From: Auanema rhodensis
Lineage: Eukaryota > Animalia > Nematoda
Direction: 5' to 3'
DNA: 64,000 nt
Assembly: GCA_964057225.1 (NCBI GenBank)
Contig: OZ059894.1
Location: 5,828,001-5,892,000 of the forward strand
Part shown: in pieces, positions 12,036-26,100 of the stretch
Layout of the letters: each line of letters starts with the position of its first letter
Numbering within the stretch: position 1 is the first letter of the stretch
Notes under the pieces: generated by a model
Seen by the model: only the letters and a program-made list of their open reading frames with translations
The model's database searches: none
Told to the model about the DNA's origin: nothing
Program-made: the position numbers and the translations under genes

Positions 12036-15000
12036 TATAATGTATAAACATACTATTTGATTTTGAAAAAAAAACAAGAAAATAACTTTATTTGAACAAA
12101 TTTGATACAGAGATATCATAAATTATAATAAATACAAGACATAAGGTTTAATTACAGAAATTTTGTTGGTTAAAAAAAGAATTACACACATATCAGAATA
12201 TTTTCTATTTTTCAATAAGAATTTATGAAAAAAATTAAATTTGATTTTTTCGTAAATTTTTAAAAGCAATTGTTTTTATTAAAATTGTAAAAAATTAAAG
12301 AAAATATTTTTTAAATTCTCATCTTTGTTTTTGAATTGTTACTAAGATATAGCTGATCGGAGAAAACCAAAACCTATCTCAATAAAGAAGGAAGAAGCGC
12401 CTTTTAATTGTTTTTTAATTTTTGAGAATAAACATGAAACTGTATATGCACCCTCGGAAGAAATACAATATAATTTATAAATACATACATATATACATTG
12501 AATTCCTCATTATTCAAATTCATAATATCAGCTTGTAGTTCTATCAAGGATTATGCACTGAAATAAAATCTGTAATTTAGAAGAGAACAAACTAGTACAA
12601 CTAATAAATTAAACAAAACTATGAATTATTTTCTTCAGTTGAATGAAATGAAGTTGATACCCCCTTGTGTTTTTGTTTTTGGTCGTAAAGACCTTATCTT
12701 TTTTTTGAGTTTTTGACAAAAACTAACTTTTAAAGCCGTTGTGGTTTAGCCGTTAGAGCTTCTTAGAACAATCCGAGGTACTTAACAGGACAAAGACAGA
12801 AGAAAATGTTGACTAAATCTATTTATTAATAAAAAAAGTCCATATCCTTCTTTAGTGCCACTTCGAAACAATACATTTTCTTATTTGTTTCTAAAAATAA
12901 ACTTTTCCCATTTCTCTTATTTTGCAGAAAAAAATTGTTAAGAGTTCAAATAAATACTACCTTTCTTTCTTTCTTTTTCTATTTTCTAAATTTGGCGTAG
13001 CTCACAGACTTGTCTCCGTCATTATCCCACATCCTCAACTTCATCAGCAATTTAATAGAATAACTGAAGAAACCATTAGTAGATACTATGCCTTTAATAG
13101 TTGAATTATATCACTTGTTCATATGATATATATTATCTTTTTCCCACTTTATGCCATCAGTTGCAAAATTTCAATTGAAGTCTAATTATATTGAAAAATA
13201 TTGAAGACACAACAAACGATAATATACATTATTATATGTGCTTATGGTTTAAATGTGTTTGTCGTGTTGCCGTAGCAGCTACTGAATTTGAATTTTTCTC
13301 TTCCTATTTTCAATGTGAAATATATTTTTTGATGGCAAAATCAATGTATGAAAAAGTTTTTATGGTCATTGCTGAGCTGAATTCAGATGAGGCGCGATCA
13401 TGAATCTTAAGGAATGTTCAGGGAGCCAAATTCACTGCAAATGCAATTATCTCCCATGTTCAGACTCTAATCACCAAATTGCCATCCCTATAGGGATTCT
13501 TTCTTAACTAGTTTCAGAAGCATTAGACTTCATTCAAAAGTTTTTCCTCAAGATTTTTTATTCACTTCCTTCATATATTTATTCCTCTTTTCTCTTTCTT
13601 TCAATTTAATTTTGTAAAAGAAAGATGCACAAACTATGCTTCAAAGTCCACATATGTATAAAGGTAACTTTCTAATTCATTCTCAGTCCATCTCTCTATT
13701 TCAATGTCTTGTTCTATTTCTAGCTATTTCTCTTTTTCCATTACTTACGTAATGCTTTTCATTTCTTTTTAAATCTGTTTTCCTTCAATTTTCTTCCCGA
13801 TAGTTGTGATTTATCTTCAACTAGTTGATGCTTCTTATGAAATCCGTTTTTGATATATGCGATGAAGCTAATCAGGTAATGATCACTAAAGAATCAAGAC
13901 TATCTTTAATATTACACCATTGTTGAACAAAAATAATCGAAGCTCTATTGAATTTCCCTTTAATATTTTCGTACATTTCTTGGTTCTCTTGGAAAAAAAT
14001 GCAAATTCGTCTTCGAAATCATTACAGCTACCCCCTCCATACATACATATGCATTATAAGATTTGTCTACGACATTTCCATGCGTCTTTCGAACTTGACT
14101 ATGAGTTTTACTTTTCGTTTCACTTAATCCCATTTTTCACAATCATTTTTTCTTCCATTTTGCGTTCAGTTTGAGCTAGTTTCAAATTCTTTAACTTTGA
14201 ACTGATAGAAGGCAATATATTATGTTTTAAACAATTTATTGTTGTTCAAGTGAAGCGTCAATCTGTTTTGCATTTTATAAGCTAGACATCTGAACATATA
14301 TTTCAATGGAATTTTCTCTTTATTCGTTCAGAAGAACTTTTTCCACTACACTGATTTTTTGAAAAAAAAAAAGATTTATTCAAAGAGTAGAATATAGATG
14401 AAAGTCGGACATTTGTCGTTTTCTATATCTATACGCATTACCTACCAATCTCATCTTATGACTTTATGCCATCTTTTCTCCAAATATTGGCTGAAATTTT
14501 CAGGTTTTTTTCGAATAAATTGAATAAATTGCTCGTTGTTCTTTTAAGAATTGTGGTACGGAAAAAAACAAATCTGAATCTCTTTGCCGTCCGTTACTTG
14601 ATTATTTTCCATTTTTTCGAGCAAGTAAGTACTAGTTGTCATGTCCAGCTGATGAACTACTATACATATCTCTTTAACTATCAGTATATATATTCATTAT
14701 AATATATACTATATATATATTTTATACTAATTTGAACAGAATTTTTTTTTTTGTCTTTCTTGCTTCTATATTGTTTTCTTTATTTCATTACCTCTTCATG
14801 GGTTTTTATCTCCTGTGATGTATCGTTTGTTTTTTTAAATCGTTTGTGACTCTGATAAATCTATTCATTTCTTTTTTTTATTGAGACAACATGTCCATTA
14901 CATCCATAAAGCTAGCTTAGTAATAATTGTCTTATACGGACTTGTTTGTACCAGCTTAATTAGTCATATTTTCTCACATTTTCATATTTTGTCCCCACAT

Positions 15001-18000
15001 TTATTTGTGTTGATATTCATACGAAACAGAAAAGTTCATATTAGAACTACATAGACTTTAACAGAAATAGAAACATTGCTAGATATGAGCTACAAAGATG
15101 TTGTCCTCGTTTCGTATATATTATACAAATCTTCTTCTATGCGTATCCTTATTTTGAACTTATTTAATCACATCCCTAGACATACTTTCCCATCCATAAG
15201 GTCATTGGAGACAATGACATTTTTTTGTTTCAATCCATCGAAACTGAGGCTATAAATTTTTTTATAAACCCAACTGTTTTCGCTTCAAAAAAAATATTTT
15301 GGTTCATTTCCACGAGTTGCTCTAGCCGAAACTTCTACATGACATTTATCTACTTTTTGGATATTTCTTCTTTCATATACGCAAAGTACTTTGAATTGTA
15401 TCTCATATTTTTTTATTGAAAAGTTGCTTTCAATTTTATAAAATTAAAATTCATATATATATTTGCTTTATTTTATTTGTATAAATTACAGCACAAGTGA
15501 CCTATAATATTCTTGTTTTTCTAAATTGAATGACTTTATACAATTCAAATTTGAAAGAACTTATTTCTTCTAATTACTCACTTACTTCCTCATGTGTATG
15601 TGGCTATTCACCTTTTTCAATGAAACTTGTTTATGAAACTATTCAAACTTGTTGAATACAAGAAGATAAATTATGAAAAATTATAAATGTTCATTGGCAA
15701 TTATTTCTCATATGGTGTTTCTACTTATTTTAGTGTAACTGTTCAATAATCACTATTCTTGTTTGTCTATCCACAAGCATACGACACATTTTTAATAGCT
15801 GAATAATGATATTCCCATCCATAGTTTTTTATGGGAAAACCGTATATTTTGAACTGCAAACTAATACTTCTTTTTTCTAGCTTAAAGCTGAAAATTTGGC
15901 TAATTTTTGCCAGATTTCAAAATTCTCTATCTGTATTGTAAATATTTTGATTGTTTTTGCTCTGTTCTGTTCATCAGGCCATAAATAACTGAGTTTGTCA
16001 TTAGATACTTCAATATGCCAAAAAAAAAGTTTGAATGGATTCCAGAATTTTATTTCATTTATAAAAAAAATGAAGAGAGCTTCTATTAGTATATCACTAA
16101 TAACCCTTTCACTTCCTCTAATTTTCTCCCGATGACACAAAGAAAAATAACGTGAGAAGGAAAGAGGGTGTGGATGAGACATTTGTAGAAATTTTTCTAA
16201 ATGGTTTCTGAATTGACTTATTGGATTTAAGTAGTGAAAGCAGATAGAGCTAGAAAGACGAGGATGTATCTGAAGGTTTTGCTCTTTCCGAACAGCATTC
16301 AATGTTCCAGCAATTGGTTTGGCCTCGTAATCAAATTTACCTTGATCTCTTTCTGCTTAAAACGAGATAAAAGCTTTTTTTCTATTTCTTGTCATTCTTT
16401 CAGTTCGTATCGGTTAATGGATTCTTAGACAATCCGAAAAAGAAACAGACCTCAGGGAATTGTCTGAACTTCGGTCCTTATCTTGCTCTCATCCATGTCC
16501 GGACTCTCTTTTCTCTCATTTGTCTTTTGTTCTCTCATTGGAATCCGGAAATTCCTCAGAGTTTTAGCTCGTCTGCTTATTTCAGATTTTCTCCCAAAAA
16601 TCGCTTTTTCTCTAAAATTGAAGATTTTATGACGTTTATCAACGATAATACTCAATGATCATATCCTGTACTTGGCGTCCTTCAATTTAATTCCTAATTT
16701 ATGTTCTATTTACCATTTACTTTATTTAATTATTATCATCATATTGCATAATATTTAATAATGCAATTATTATAAATTGAAGCTTCAGTGAATCTTAATC
16801 AAAGAATTTATTTGAAATCACAGAAGTTATATAGTAATCAATCTGCTTGTTCTTTTCTTTTATCTCTTTTATCTTCATTAAACTTCTTGAACTATGTTGT
16901 ATATGTCTTTTGCTCTGCAATAACTTTACTTAATTTACTAAAATCTAAAGTTATGACTCAAATAGAAAATTTGAAGACCGGATTTCAAAGTTTGAATTTC
17001 ACGTCACTTATGATTATGCTGTCGTCAACAAGTTCATTTGAGTCATGCGAAAAGCAGTGAACGGTTGTATTTCAGTACGAGAGAGCTTCAACCACCCCCT
17101 GTTTCCCATGCTCGAACTCTCCATCTTGGTTTATAGCGTTGTGCTCACAGATCAAATTCTATTAGCCGTTTGCCAAGGAATCTTTTAAATCCCATGGTCC
17201 GGTCCAGAGGCTTATGAAAGCAGTTGTGAACCGGATATCCGCAAAAGTGAAAAATCAAACATTTGTCTCTCATACTTAGCTTTACAACTTCTCTTCATGC
17301 TCTTTTATACAATCAACCTTTTTTGGCTTCCTTAATAGTAATAAATTGCAAACTTCTTTTGTTCCGAAGTTGAGAAATTTTCAATGTTTGAACATTTTCT
17401 GAATAATAATTAAAGTTTTAGAGTAGAATAATGGTTATTTAGTTAGCATAAGGATAAATATATTAAATGAAAATAATATATTTTAGTTGTTTTCATTAAA
17501 GACTTTATGCCCTTCTTGTTCAGTTATCTATTCTTTTAAATTTTTTATTTCTTTTTACCATAAGATTTGAATTAATTGAAAAATGAAGAAATATGTTTGT
17601 TAAACAACCACATTTGCCATACTTCCAATATAGAATATTGGTAAGTGACAGGACTGAACTAGTATTCATATGACAAAATTGCTTCATCATTTACACATTC
17701 ATATAGAGCATCCACTTCACATCAGTATGTGAAATTGATGGTGCAAAAGTCGAATTGAACTTTTTGGGAGCTAAAACGTTGTGTCTTCAAATCTGCATGG
17801 CATGTCGCCTCAAGCAAAGTTTGGCTTCGAATGTTTCAGTCCATTAAGAAGAACTTCTTTTAGTTATGGCTTTGTTTGAATTTTCATGTTTTTCTATATA
17901 TTCCCAATGTAATTTATAGTATTTTTTCAAAAGTATTTGTATTTTCAAAAAAGAAAACATGAAACTAAGCGGGTGTTATCGAAACTTTAGTTTCAAATTT

Positions 18001-21000
18001 TTTTTTTCTATTCCAGATAAGATTCTTCAAATTTTATTTTAAATGAAGAAATTATTGCATGAGAAATATCTGGATTTGACTTGAATAATCCGAATATATT
18101 TCTTGAAATCAATTTGCTTTCTTCTTTTTAACTCAAGATAATTACTCTTCTTATTGTTTCGCTTTAGCTATAAACTCATGATGAAAAATTAATGAATTTT
18201 GTTTGTAAATCTCTCAACCCTTCAGCACATTAAAGAAAAAGAAATATTTACTTTTTTAAGTTTCCAGGGAGATTGTTCTAAGAGCTAAATCTACAAGTAT
18301 GTTTTCAAACAAATTTTAGTTCTTTACACATTTGATGTAAATATATTAGGAATATTTCATGAATACTTCATATCTATATGTGGGATTTTATGAATTTTTA
18401 AGATATTTTAGCAATCAAAAATGATATCTAATCATGTTGTTTCATCTTTTTAATTTTAATTGTAAAAGATTTTCTTATAAAAAATATCAAATTCATATAC
18501 TATTCAATGGAATCGGAGCATATTTTATCTATCACAAGTTCTGTGAATATGTATGAGTATATGTGTATACACAAACACATTGTATTTTTCTTTTTTTTTT
18601 TATAAGAAGATGTGATGCATGAGTTTGCTTGCATCTAGACAAATGTTTTAGTGTTTCACAAAAGTAAGAGTTCTTTGTAAATCTAAGTTTTATTTTCATA
18701 TAAGTTTCTTCAAATCTAGAAAATAATATATAATGAAATGAAAAAGATGAAAAATAGGTTGAACAGTGAAGTCGAAAGAATTCTTAGAATATGACAACAG
18801 AACACAGAGAATGAATTCCGAATATGGAAAGAGAGAAATGGAAAGCACACAAGATGAGACAAAAAGAGTCAGGATATAGGAAGGTACTAAACTCCACAGA
18901 ATTTTAAATATTGCATGAGTATCCAGCAATCCTAACTATATTCATTATAATCAACAACGTCACCACTAACATCAGTAGCAACCAACTTGCAGCTTTTAAC
19001 TTTGTAATATTTTTAGAAAGTACTAGTAGCGAATACACTATATTTTCCAAAATTGAAAATAAAAATCTTTTCAATATTTTTTTTCAACTTTTCTCATTTT
19101 TTTTCTATTTTTAGTATAATATTTTTATTTTTTAAGTTTTCAAATCAGTTTCAAAAATAACAGTTCAAAAAAATATCAAATTGATAAAGTTAAAAAACGA
19201 ACTTTTTCATAAATTTTTGTTTGTTTTTCAATCATTAATTCACATATTTTTTCTTTTTTTTATTCTATGAGTCCCACATGTGTTTGGAGGGACAAACAAT
19301 CTTTAAATTGTTTAAATTTAAATTTTTGTCTTGCACATCTTCGTTTCAAACGAATATTTTATTCCATCGTCTTTTAAATTTTTTTTGCAAACCATAGTAC
19401 CAGAGGGAAGTCACATAATTATTTCATATTAAAATATATTATTTAAAGAAGAAATATGATTTTTTTCTGTTTTTTACATTGCTTTTTGAATTGTTTTGTT
19501 TATTTAATCTTCAGATGATGACTACTGATGTTTCATTTTGCTTCACTCACTTTTAATCATGATTTACACTAGTTTTCTTGTTAAAATTATAATTCATTGT
19601 TTAGTATTGTTTCTTTTTAATTTGTCTATGTCTGTTTCTCTTTTATCATTCTTTCGTTGTTTTTTTGCTTCATCTACTTCTTTGTAGATTCTTCTGAGCA
19701 GCTTCTGTCTACTTGAAGTGCTAAGTACAGCAAAGTTTCTATTTAACCTTATTCATTGTATTTTCAGTTCTTTCGAATAAAAAGTTTCCTAATGAACCAT
19801 TTAAACGTTGAATTCATGATTGCCATCATCCGTGTTTTACTATATAAAACTATTTTTTATTTAAATATACAAGTTTTTTGATCCAATACAAATAGTTTTT
19901 TGAGAAGCTAAAAAAGGAAATTGAGCTCAAACATGCATATTTCTAGTTTTTACATTGCTCAAAAAACGTTTTCATTATATCTTCTTAATACTAATAACTA
20001 ATTACTAATTATTTTTCTTTAAATAAAACTACATTCTTAGTTTGTGATTAATTTTAAATGTTTCATTTCTTATATTATACACATTAGCTGCAAATATTTG
20101 ACGTTATTTTATCGTTCCTATTCATTACATATCATGATCCTTTTTTTGAAAATAAAACAGCTTCTGACTCTCTCTTTCCAAGAACGATATCTATTTATAT
20201 AAAATATATATTCCTATATAGTTTTTTTTCAAATATAGCTAACATGGAATCATTTATTCATTTCAGTATACCGACAGGAAATTCTCATAAATTTCCGGAA
20301 GATTCACTTCTCGTTGGCTGAACACCCATATCTTTTCCCTTAAGTTTCCTCCTTTTCCATACTTCATCATCTGAGCTAAGAACAACTTTATTTCATCGTT
20401 TCAATCTTCTTATACACTTCTTCTTTTATATTTCTTCTCTTTTTATCTTTTCCTCTCTATTTTTCTTCCAATATTTATTTAGCTTTTTTTAAAATCATTA
20501 TGTCTTATTTGGTAGTATATTTCACTCGGCCAACAGCGTAATTTTGAAGTAACACATCATTAGTTTGATTGAAGATGATGATAGCATCTATGATTTACAT
20601 CAATTCGAAAAAGAAAAGCTTTTTACTATATATAAAAATAGATTATTGCGATCACTATATGAAATAATATATGTATAATATGTATATATTTCTTTTCTTT
20701 TTCTTATACACAAATTATATCAATTATTAATTTTTTTATAATTTTTCCATATTTTAATAAGAAGAAAAAGATTTTAAAATTTTTTTGTAATACGTTGAAA
20801 CTCATTTTTGTACGGTAAAAGGATATTACTTTCAACTTCAAAAAGCAAATTATTTGGTTTTTGTATTAAAAACATTCTCATTTCACATATCTAATGAGAA
20901 ATTTTGATTTTATTTGACGAGAACATTCATTGTAAAGAAGGTTATGTACTATTAAGTGGCAGCAATTGGTGTTTGAGCTTATATTGTTTTATACCTTTTC

Positions 21001-23194
21001 ATATTTTATATTGTATTCAATCTATATTCCTCATAATTTTACATTACATACAACCAATTCTTCTATCTTTCTTTTCTTTTCTTCAACTTCCTTTTCATCT
21101 ATATTACCTCCTTCCTCTTACTTCATCTGTGAGCTTTCTTTTCCTCTTCTCGTTGAAGTTCTTTCCTGAAAATGAAACCACAAAAAACAATTAATGCTTT
21201 TGGCTACTCTTTGATCATGATTTTATTCAAATTCTCATTGGTTTAAGTAAAAGTCGATCATAATAGAACTTATCATGAAATGTGAAAGTTGGCATGTACT
21301 AGCTACACATTACGATCATTGGTGTGGCACCTAGCTAATGTTTGGATGATATTTCTTAGAGAAGTAGTTTTTTGCTTTCTAATGTCATAAATGTTTGATG
21401 TGATAACATGCTTCTCATCATTTCATGATCATCAACCCATACAACATCGACACATAGAGATACATTTGTTCTTTTCACATCTTTCGTTATTCTTTCTAAC
21501 TTCACCATCCAGTTCATCAAATACTTGTCGCTAACCCTCTTCACATATTTCCGTAACATCTAGAGCAACTTATATTGCCTCTTTCTTCATATCTCGTTAT
21601 CTCATCTTTGCCAAACAGTTATTTCACAAAACATATTGTTATTATTTGAAAAACGAGATCATGAATTGGCAGAGAAAATTGTGAAAATTAGATTTTCACC
21701 CAAAGAAATTCCTGCACAGCTCTAGATATTGCTCGTTTCTCCCTTCTTCTATTTTCAATACTCAGCCCATCATTCTCATTCAGCAACCCTGTCCGCTTGT
21801 CTATCTCTTTCTGATTGGAATAAAGGGACGTTTGGAGACAACGCTGACAACGAAAGGACGGCCCTACCGGATAAGCTAAACCATAGTATATGAAACATCT
21901 ATTCATATTTTACATCCAAATCATATAGTGATAACTAAACTGTATTTTTTTAATTATCTACTCTTTTAATTTTTCTAATTTTTTCTCAACTATCATAATC
22001 ATATCCGAACTTTTTTCGAACCATTTCATTTTTTAAGACAAAATATTATTACAGATAAAAATCTATTATTTCCATTGGAATGTATAATATTAATCGTTGT
22101 TATTTAAGAAAACAATTATTATACCGAAATCAGTTCTATCTTGCTTCGATATTTTATGCATTCATGTTAAATCATTCAAGCTTTAGGATTTGAGCTAATT
22201 GTTCATGTCAACGTTTTTTCATCAAACATATAGAGACATGCATACGTATAGATATATGCACCCAGGAAAAGGAATAGGAATATCGAGAGAAAGAAAAGCA
22301 AACGAGAGATAGAAAGAAGAAAGCATGAAAGAAAGGGGGATATTCAGAGGATTATACAAAAAATAGAAATATAATGCGTGTGAAAATACAATGAGGAACT
22401 TTAAGATTTACATGTTTTCTATAAAAATAATGAAGTAAAACTGTAAAATTATTATTGATATTATATATTTTATTTTTTCATATATTTTTTATTTTTCATG
22501 CTCAAATAATATTATCAATTTTTGAAAATAATTTGTACTTGTTTCTTGTTTCCGAACTTCATTCATATGCCTGAGCTCGAAATTTCCCACATACTTATGA
22601 TTTTAAATACGTTTTCTAGTTCTCTTTATTTCTCTATACTTCTCTATTGTTCTATTGATATGCTTTTGTCGTCTTATTTTAAAATTTCTTTTTGCTCGAA
22701 AATCAAGTTGTCATACTGCTAATAAGGATGAATCTGTGCTTACTCACAAATTTTTTTCTACTTTCCATGCTTTTTCATCCCCTGGCTCTACTTTTATACA
22801 TCCTATTCGTATGTACCTCCCCTTCTATCTTTTTCTTCTTGTTCCTTTCTTCAAAATCTCGCATGTATATCTCAAAAGCCTATTTTCTAATAATTTTTCT
22901 ACCAAAATCATTGTTCCACATATCATTGATTCAGAAAACTAATTTCAATTTATTAATTGCAGTTTCTTCCAAATTCTTCCAAAGTTTTAAATTACAGCTT
23001 CAATAACCTCCCCAATGTCCGGTTAAATTTTCTTGAAACGTTTTAAATTTCCCATGATTATGACATCTTTGCAAACCAATCTTGACTTTCAACTAAGAAT
23101 ATTTTTTCATTGTTGTCTTTACATCTTATTTCAACCTAAATGCACCGCCTGAGAAAAACATAATTTTCCTTTTTTCCAGATTTTCAATGCTATA

Positions 23195-26100
23195 ATGAAT
23201 AATTCATTGGTGGATTCTAAATCTACAGATCTATTACTTCCTGATTCAATTGATGAAGATCCATGCTCTTACTACCAACAACCATACCATCGTGAAAGAT
23301 TTGTACTCGTAGCCGTTATTGGAACATTTGTGGCTGTCATTAACATTATCGAAAATGTTTTCCTTAGTTGTATGTTATTCAGCAAGTAAGTCTAAATGAA
23401 TAAAATCTGTGTCTTGTTTAAAAAGGTACTGTAAAAGGGCGAAGAACTCAAGTTCTCCAAGTTTTCAAAAAAATTTGTATTGTATTTTCAGAAAATCGTA
23501 TCGATCATCTTATATGTTATATTTGGCTTTATTAGCCTTTTTTGATATTTTTATTGCTGGAGCTTATATACCGTTAATGAGTCTTAGTCATATTGTTGAC
23601 TATCTACATTCCATAACACTTCTTAGAGCTTGGCAAGTTGATTCAGGTTCTCAATCCCTAATTGAATAATAATTCAGGTTCACTTACATGATTCCTATGA
23701 TAACTATATCTCATATTGCTATGACAGCTTCTTCATTTCTAATGGTTGCTGCTAGTTTTGAAAGATACTGTGTAACAGTTCAGTCCAAACATACCAAGGT
23801 ACTAAGCTTTAAGCATTCGTTTGAATAATCTCAAGTTTTAATTTCAGTTTCTTAATCACCATCGTTGTAAAATTGCTGTTGGTAGTGTATTACTTGGTGT
23901 TCTAACGAAAGTAACTCATGGATTAGAGTTCAGCGTAGGTTTCATATACTTTAGAAACTTGAACATTTCTACATTTTCAAATCTATATCTTTCTATCTTT
24001 TCAATAAGAAAATAATAATGAAAATATTTTTTATTTGAAATGAAAATAGAATTATCTTTCTGCTTTATATATATGAACATATGTATGTTATATAAATGTA
24101 TTGAATACAATCAGTATATACATATTCTGTATATATTAAGTGTCTCTATCTTTCTCTCTCTTTCTCTTTTCCTCTTTATCTTTTTCTTTCTCTCTCAATT
24201 CCTCTCTTTTCACACTTTCTTAATTCTTGTAGAGCTCTATAAAGAGACCAATGAGAATATGAATATGCTTATACAATGATTAAGTCGTTGTTATAAGCTT
24301 TATAAGCTTATTTATATATACATATGTCTCTGATATAAAATATAAATGAATTTTATTTTTTGAAAAATCTTATTTTTCAGATAACTGTTCAAGAACAATG
24401 CATTGGTACAATGAACGAATATACTCTTGAACTATCTCCATTGGCTTTGAACGAAACATATGCAGCTTTTTGGAAAATATGGTTAGTCGTATAAGACATT
24501 TATGTTAAAATACTCAAATAGTAACTTTTAATTGCTTATAAATAAGAATTATTAGCATAAATTATGATAAAAATGAGTTTATTTTTAATAATTTATATTA
24601 TAAATGATATATAGTTATACATAGTTATATATCTTTATATAATATAATATTATCGCATAAACTTTGTCATAAAATAACTATTTGCTTACACAAGTTTTCA
24701 TATATGACACAACGATGAACGATAATGATGACCTTCATCAAGGAAATTGAAACTTTTGATTTATAGTTAACTACTGTCATTACTTTTTTCTCAATGACCA
24801 GTCACAATATATTGAAAAAAAAGTAGAAAAAAGTACTATTTAGAGTACTTTAAATGGATATTATATATATTTATTTTTCATTCCTTGTGCATATATTTAA
24901 AAAAATTCAAATTAAATTTATAAAATTTTATATTATACTATAACATAATAGTTTTACAGGATTCGTTCTGTATTGACCATATTATTGCCATTTACCTTAT
25001 TAGCTATCATGAATATTCGTATTGTGCTGGTAATACAACGAACTGAATTTCAATTTCTCAATGTTCAAAAGCTAAGTGAAGCCAAACGAAAGGTGAGCTA
25101 TCCAGAATATTCATAATATTTATATATTTTTTCGTTTAAAAAAATAAATAAACAAGAAGAAGCTTCCCTTGAAAAATATAGTTATGTTAAGACAAAAATT
25201 GAAAAAAATGACGAATGGAATTACTAAAGATAGAGAGAAACAAGAAAATGAAAAGGTTATTCAAATACTTTTTGTTGTTCTAATTAAAATAAAAATGGAA
25301 TAAGTAATTTTTTTTTGTTATAATTTGAACATAAATATGATTTTGTTACAAACAACATCTATATTTCATTGAAAATAATCCCTTATCTGGTGATGGTTTC
25401 TTACTTTCTCCCGTTCGTTTCAATTTGCTCTCATTCAATCTCCTTTTTGCTCTTTTTCTATACCATTTTTTTAGTTGGAAAACATGATAAAAAAAATTTC
25501 TACTTTAAAAATGAGGGATTCTCTTAGAAAGAAATAGATGAACGATTGATAGTTGCACGGTGATTCGCTGCTGCTCATGATGATGTTCTTTCAAATTCTC
25601 ATCGTTTTCCTTTTTCCTTGAAACCTATTTTTCATTTATTCCCTCAAGAGAATACCACAAAGCTATAACTTCTTCTTTTTTCTTCGTTCTCTCTATATAA
25701 CTATTATTTTGGTTTTTTCTTTTTTTTTTCAAATTTTCTCGATGTATTTGCTATTTTCTCTTTATGGTAGACACATAAAAAAATAAGAAGAGTAGAGACA
25801 GGGAAAAGGAAGTTTTATTCTCACCTCTTTCTATAAGCTTCGAAGCTATTTAGAACCATCCCATGGGATGCCCTGGACTCCTTTCCTTAAATATAGAGGA
25901 AATTCCGTTTGCAAACATTATGCCTGAGTCCAAATTCAAGCTGATCCGACAATTCGCCTAGGGACTTCAGCCAACAAAATATTAGAGTTATAAGTGTTGT
26001 TTAAGCTGTTATTGCAAATTGAAAACAGTGATGATTCGCTATGCTCCACTGTCATGTATTTCCTCATGTAATATTCTTGCGTCACACATGAATATACATA

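Noticed and set aside
12145-12155. ggtttaattac, identical to the first 11 nt of SL1
   Set aside because: It diverges immediately afterwards (no CCAAGTTTGAG and no following donor), so it is a chance match in AT-rich DNA.
14906-14926. miRNA-seed-like words (ataaagctag, mir-79-like here; also tattgcact ~44736 and tgatatgtct ~45783)
   Set aside because: Only the 5' ends match and no complementary hairpin arm is visible.
12036-23180. Numerous 60-140 aa F/L/I/S-rich ORFs in the 11-kb intergenic region
   Set aside because: Their composition reflects T-rich non-coding DNA; there is no splice-coherent model or motif.
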